DNA of 64,000 nt, taken from Schmidtea polychroa. Taxonomy: Eukaryota. The stretch is from the NCBI GenBank assembly GCA_044892525.1, contig CM097885.1:25794001-25858000 (forward strand). Reading direction: 5' to 3'. This document shows, piece after piece, positions 37,301 through 64,000 of this stretch (the stretch's first letter is position 1; every line of letters begins with the position of its first letter). Both the position numbers and the translations under genes were made by a program. The notes under the pieces were generated by a model, which worked only from the letters and a program-made list of their open reading frames with translations, made no database searches and was not told the origin of the DNA.

Positions 37301-37731
37301 TTCTATTTTAAAATATATTTTAGAAGATAATTATACTATTATGCAGAATTTTCAATTCATTTTAGAAAGGAATTTGGAAGAATTATTTCCAAATGTATGT
37401 ATCGTATATCGAATAATTTTAACAATACCCATTACAGTTGCTCATTGTTAACGATCTTTTTCAAAATTAAAATTAATTGAAAATTATCTACGGTCTGCTA
37501 TGTCGCAGGAAAGACTTTCTGGATTAGCAATACTGTCAATTGAAAATGCAACAGCCAGAACAATTGATTACAATGACATAATTGATGAATTTGCCAGCAA
37601 AAGAGCTAGAAAAATTACTTTATAATTGCTATTATTTTTTTAAATACAATCAATAAAAAATTAATTCAAATTTAAAAAAAAAAATTTTTTAGTTTCTGCA
37701 CAGGGCCCCCAAAAGTTACAGCACGGCGCTG
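34343..37731 (+). mobile_element. hAT DNA transposon, 3389 bp, full-length but inactivated
   Basis: TIRs CAGCGCCGTACT / AGCACGGCGCTG; perfect 8-bp TSD ACCAAACG (34335-34342, 37732-37739); subterminal GCACWGGGCCCC at both ends. Confidence 0.97.
34835..37625 (+). pseudogene. ZMYM1-like hAT transposase pseudogene
   Basis: MSKRCYESGAQKR start, FCFCCRLF, LAFRG, DSTPD, GQSYDNASNM, CGGH, DTRW. Frameshift near 35060, TAG at 35256-35258, and TAA at 37449-37451 replacing the Glu of C(E)RSFSKLK. Confidence 0.95.
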
Positions 37732-40058
37732 ACCAAACGTACATTTACACGTGCCTGAAGCAACTGTACATTTTTGATTGGTAAATTTTATTATTAAATA
37801 AGCTTTAATAATTAGACTTATCTTTATTTATTTATATAAGAACCAGTAAAGTTGAGCATCTCAAATACTGAGACAACACAAAACTTGACCAAAGAATGTT
37901 TGATGCGTGTGAATTCGTCGTAAAGTGGAGCTTTTGGTTCAGAGACCAGAAATATGAGCCTAGTTCATATGAAATGCTGATTGGTATTTGTAAAAAGTAC
38001 AATAAAGCAAAAAAATCAGTTATAAACTTTTGAAGTCAAATACCGTCATCAATAGACACACCTCGATCCAACATATATGCCAAGAGGGCAATGTGCCACA
38101 GGATATGAAGGACATCTGTAAATCTGAAAGAACATTAAATTTAAGGTTTCTATTATCAAATATTAGGTGACCTTAATGTATTTAAAATTAAATAATAGTA
38201 TTTTATGTCGTTTTTTTATTTCTTTATCAGATATATTTTAAATTCTTAATGGAGGGTGACCTTTTTTTAAAATATAGAGAAATGATTGCCATTTTAGGGC
38301 ATTTTACACAAATACTCATCGCAAAATCATAGTGGTACAATACATTTCAATTTTTTTGAAATCACACATTGTATCAGCTAAGAATTCATATCGAAAGAAC
38401 TTTAGATTTCCATGAATCATATAGAATCATATATTATAGAGAGTACAGACGTTTAGAAACGACCCGAAAACGGATTATTCAAATCTAATAGTAATTTTTA
38501 TACTAATGTGAAAAGTTTTTATAATATTTGTACTTTTGTTTTTTCATAACACGTTTTAATTACTTTTTTGTGTTACCACGTTATTTTAAATCGACTTGAT
38601 GCGTGTATACGTGCAGACATAAAAACAAAAGTCCCATAAATTCCAGGGTTTTTTTTTAAATCACAGCGACAAAAATTGTAGTTAAAAAAACATGGATCTA
38701 TAGTCAAAAGCAAATAAAGATTAAAGAATATGTAAATAAAATATTTTCAAGATAAAAACGATAAACAATTAAGTCACTCTAACAAAACAGAGCATTTATC
38801 TTACAAGAGATTTCGTAGCATGAGAGAAATTATTTACCATAAAATATATTTTAGTGAGATTAATAACATTTTCAAAGAAGTGGAGGACCACGCTAGCTCA
38901 GAAAGACGAAATACTTTCATTTAAAGTTATCGATCAATAGGACCTGTTGATTAGCAGATTCATGATAACTCACCATTGAATTATATTTTATTCAACTTAT
39001 ACATTACTAATGATGCTCATAATAGTTTAAATTTAGTTAACTTTTATTACAATTGAAGCCTTTTAAGATGAAGATTTTTGAAGTTGGATGAGTACATTTC
39101 CAAGGATGTATGAGACCTGATTCAAAAGAATGATTGGGATATGTGCCCTCAGAAGAAAGTATACAAAAGAAATAATTTTTGGCTGTAACTCGTGTAAATG
39201 CATAAATAATCTACTATTCAAACAGCGTATATTTCTCTAATCGCTGAAAAACCTACCTCAATCTACCTATTTTTAAAGTAATATGAGTTTTTCTGTGTTC
39301 AGCATTATAAAATTTTTCAATAGATCACAAAGATGCATTAACAAACATTTTTTCAATGTTGAAATATACGGAAATAGGTCGAGTTTCAAAAAGACTGTGG
39401 CATCATGGTCCTAAAAGACCAGTAAAAAGGTTTACATTAAATTAGCCTGTTAGAGAGAAGATATTTGAACCCAGCAAGAATTGATATTGCATTGCCAACA
39501 TTAAGATTGTTCATTATGTCATTCGTAAATTTATAATGAGTTTTTTAGAATAAACTGTGTCAAAAAGATGTGTTGTCTTGGTTACCATTGAATTTAAATA
39601 CACAATCAGAAAGACCCATTCAAAATCTTCAATTTAAACAGTTGACTTTTATCTTTAAAAATCGATATTCAGAAACCAATTGAAAAATCAAAACTATTTA
39701 CACATGAATTCCTACTGTTGCTAATTACACCATAAGTAATTATTTACTTTCATATTATCATTTAAAAATTTTTTCAAAATTTTTTTTTATTAATTCTTAA
39801 AAGCAAGTTTTTTACCTAGTACTCAATACCTAAATACTTCCGCTGGACAATTCGAAGTCAGATAAAAAATAATATTTATTGAAAATACAATATTAAATCT
39901 AAAAATACGTTGTTTATATATATAGCTAATGACCTCTACAAACACTGCATATTAAAGTTTTGTAAACAATTTTAAAAAATTTAATATTCTAAGATTTTTA
40001 ATAGAATATCTATAAATATTTTTTCAAATTCTATATTTTTCTTTAGCGATATTTTAAG

Positions 40059-60943
<20,885 letters not shown>

Positions 60944-63544
60944 GTAGGGGTTTTATTTATCTTTATTATTTGTGTAATTAATTTTCATTAAATTTTTCAA
61001 AAATCTTTCTTGTTTAAGTTTTACATAACTTAAGTTTTGAAAGAAAGAGGCAAATTGGGTATTTTATTGCACAATAATAAATTGAATAAGATATTTTCAC
61101 GTTTTTATACTGATTATGGTTTTTACACATTTATATTGAAATTTGATTAAACAATATGAAATTTATTTAATTTCTGCATTATTCATAATTTTATGATTTT
61201 TCAATTAATAATTCTGGTTTTGTTGCGCTTCCTTTGGAAAAATGAACTAGCGGTAGTTGGAGATTAGTCGAGAAATATTAAAGGTTGAAGGTGAAAACGT
61301 GGTAAAGGAATGGCTCTAAGTCTCTAGTTTTAGATTCTTGTTAAAATACTTAATTAAGGATGACTAAGGGTTATTTACCATGAAAGAAACCGATCAATAT
61401 CCAGTTTTGCACTCTAAAGTCCCAGGAAAGAATCGCTTTAATTGATTAAGCGTTTTCTTAAAGACAGATGAAGATTTGTCAATATCTGTTCAACAATATA
61501 TTTGACGCTCGTTTTCGGAAATAAATTAATACTGGTGATAGATCAATATTTATATAAAGCAAATTTCAACTTTGTATGAAAAAAATGGTCATTTTATAAC
61601 AACGTTCTTAACTTCACTGTTAATTTATGAAATTTAGGTAGAAATGCCTTAACATTTGAAGTAAAATTTTGCAAATTTAGTCAAATTTCTATATCTTTGT
61701 TACAAATTGTGACTATTTGAGGTAACATTTAACGAATTCATAGTTATATAAGTTAGTAAAGACATGATTATTTGAATATCATTTAGCAATTTAAGCCACT
61801 TAAGTATATTAGTTAGAAATACATGGTTATATAGGGTAACAATTCTTAGGTAATTTAGTGAGAAATAGATGCTCATTTGGGTAATATATCTTTGTCAGAA
61901 ATTCATGGATAATTTGGGTAATAGTTTAAAATAATATATGATGTTTGAGTAACTTTTACCAAATTCTTTAGTGAAATATGCATATTTTGAGTAACGTTTG
62001 GTTAATCTATGAATATTGGTTATCTTTGTCATTTGTTGTATCTAAGCAAATAAATAACTATATGTTTGGTATCGAAATACTTGTAATTTATTTAATATAA
62101 TGATATTTTTAAAAACATGATAACTCTAGCCAGTTTCTAAATATTTGTATACGTGGGTTCATGCTGATAAAATCATCTCTCATATTGTCCTATTCTACAA
62201 GTTCTATTGCCAGAAAAGAGATTATTACAAACAAAATGATCCCTCTGTAGGTTCTGTTACTATGGGTACTACTAATAAGGTTTTATTATGGGTTGAGAAA
62301 TATAGTTGATGAAATTGTAATAATTATCTTTAAAAGCGGGAACATTAAGACATTTGAAAAACATAATATAGTAAAGATTTATAATAAATAATTTATTTCT
62401 ATATATAAATGATATTCTTCAATATTTACATGGCAAGTACTAGAACAAATTATTATATGTCCACAAGGAATAAATTATTATATGTATACAGAGATAATGT
62501 GTTATTTGATTATGTAAGAAACTGTATTCCAATAGCATATAGATTTTTTATTCACATTAACCATGAAAGAATGAATAACATTCTCCAAGTCTGAAATTCA
62601 TACATGAATTAGTGAGCATTCTGTAGGATTAATATCATTTAGAATTATTATACAACTCAATATTTTTATCGGCGATTTATTGAATCCGAATAAATAAACG
62701 AATAATCGTTTAATTGATTTATCTAATTCGGTTAGAAATATGTAATCAAAGACTATTAATTAAGATTACATAATTCTCTAACCTTAAATGGCTAATTTAC
62801 ATAATAAAAATCTCTTTTAAATACATTTCTGAATACCTTAACTAATGGTATGAAAAACCAAGAAAAAAGAAACTTAAAATCCCCAAATCAGGCTGAGTTA
62901 AACAATAAATCCTTACAATTATCTTTCAAACTGTTATTTCTACGCAATTTCAAGAGAAGTTTTGAATGCTGGAATCACTAAAAGGAGGCTCAATAAGAAA
63001 TATAATGCCCAACTGACTTCAGAAAGTGCTGAAGCCAAGCAAGGATTTTGTCTCCATATATTAAAAATGCATTCTATGCAAAAATATTACCTCGAATAAT
63101 TGAGTTTTAATTTACACACTTCAAGACGATCAGATCAGTGTCTGAAACTATAATGAACTGTATCAATATTGGGAACATTCGGAACTTTAGATCTCGTTTA
63201 AATTACTACGATCATTTTTGGAATTTGATTTATGAAATTGATATTCGATGACTTGAATAAAATGAACTAGCGCAGCGTTTTAAGTTATAAGGCTTTCATT
63301 TCTAATTTAGGAAATATGACTCCAGAGGAGTCGAAAATATTTGATTTAATCATTTAGAAATATCTAATAAAAATATTCTTTAAATTTTCTACAACTACAT
63401 TTGTTAAAAATTTTACTTGAAGAGTGTTTTTGATTTTTTCAATATATTTTGCTAGGTGGGGTCGAATAATTTTTTTATTTAAAGAAGGGAGTCGCAGTCC
63501 AAAAAACTGATCTTTATAATCATTTTTTTTTCACTTGTGACATG

Positions 63545-63620
63545 TTAACCCTACACTGCATATTGTATCACTGGTGATACACAATTATCTTAGTAGAATA
63601 AAAACTGTCTCGCTCTTGTT
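63545..63620 (+). mobile_element. possible piggyBac-type left end
   Basis: TTAA followed by CCCTACACTGCAT and a small palindrome TGTATCACTGGTGATACA; the other end is not in the window. Confidence 0.35.
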
Positions 63621-64000
63621 CTCGGTAAATGTTCTCTCATATTACATTGTATTGGCTATATTTGCAATATAATACCCGTAATGTAATTCTCAATAGTTTT
63701 GTATTACCAAATCAATTTTTAAAACGTCTTACAGTTTAAGTGAAAGTGTACAAAGTACTTAGACAACAATATAAAAAGTCATGCAGTTAAGTAACCTCGA
63801 CATTGAATACAAATATGAACTTGTTAACATTCTCTCTAATCATCAGTATGCACAAATGTTTTCTTTAGATGTTAAATTGATTAAAATATTTCGAGAAATA
63901 TGTTTATTTCTTGGTGAAATCACGCGGTACTGTAGAAAGGTTCAAAAGAAATAGCTAGATTTAATTTTAACTATTAGAAAATTTTGTACAATGCCGAATG

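Noticed and set aside
12606..37625. Stop-codon reassignment or readthrough to explain in-frame stops in transposases and pol
   Set aside because: Fibrillarin and MON2 exons have no in-frame stops, and the TE stops come with frameshifts, so this is ordinary decay.
37850..39620. Coding-like fragments upstream of MON2 (also 6960-7430, 54300-54960, 61280-61620, 62850-63330)
   Set aside because: Too degenerate to assign; probably old transposon remnants.

Overview
Very AT-rich eukaryotic (metazoan-type) genomic DNA with spliceosomal introns of mostly 42-57 bp; there are no prokaryotic features. The composition would fit a triclad flatworm or similar invertebrate, but this is inference only. Host genes: a complete 5-exon fibrillarin (7899-8924, +), the first 18 exons of MON2 (40059-60943, +, continues past the window, one GC-AG intron), two identical divergently oriented POMP/UMP1-like genes in an inverted duplication (15654-16015 -, 19936-20297 +), and a small intronless ORF with a CFAP141-like C-terminus. 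The rest is nested transposons: two TSD-bounded decayed hAT elements, many DNA-transposon relics and fold-backs, and a Ty3/gypsy element with AGTTA...TAACT LTR termini whose pol is split by two later insertions. The most notable is a 4407-bp insertion (22038-26444) with TG...CA ends and a 4-bp GTTT target duplication that cuts the integrase in frame. It has no internal LTR pair and no gag/pol, so it looks like a giant solo LTR, yet it carries two open GC-rich ORFs (an AT-hook protein and a coiled-coil/basic protein), splice signals and a hairpin-rich leader. At least six related fragments occur in the window, several ending at the same terminal motif. The second insertion is a 788-bp solo LTR flanked by (TA)10 and (TA)30 inside former coding sequence.
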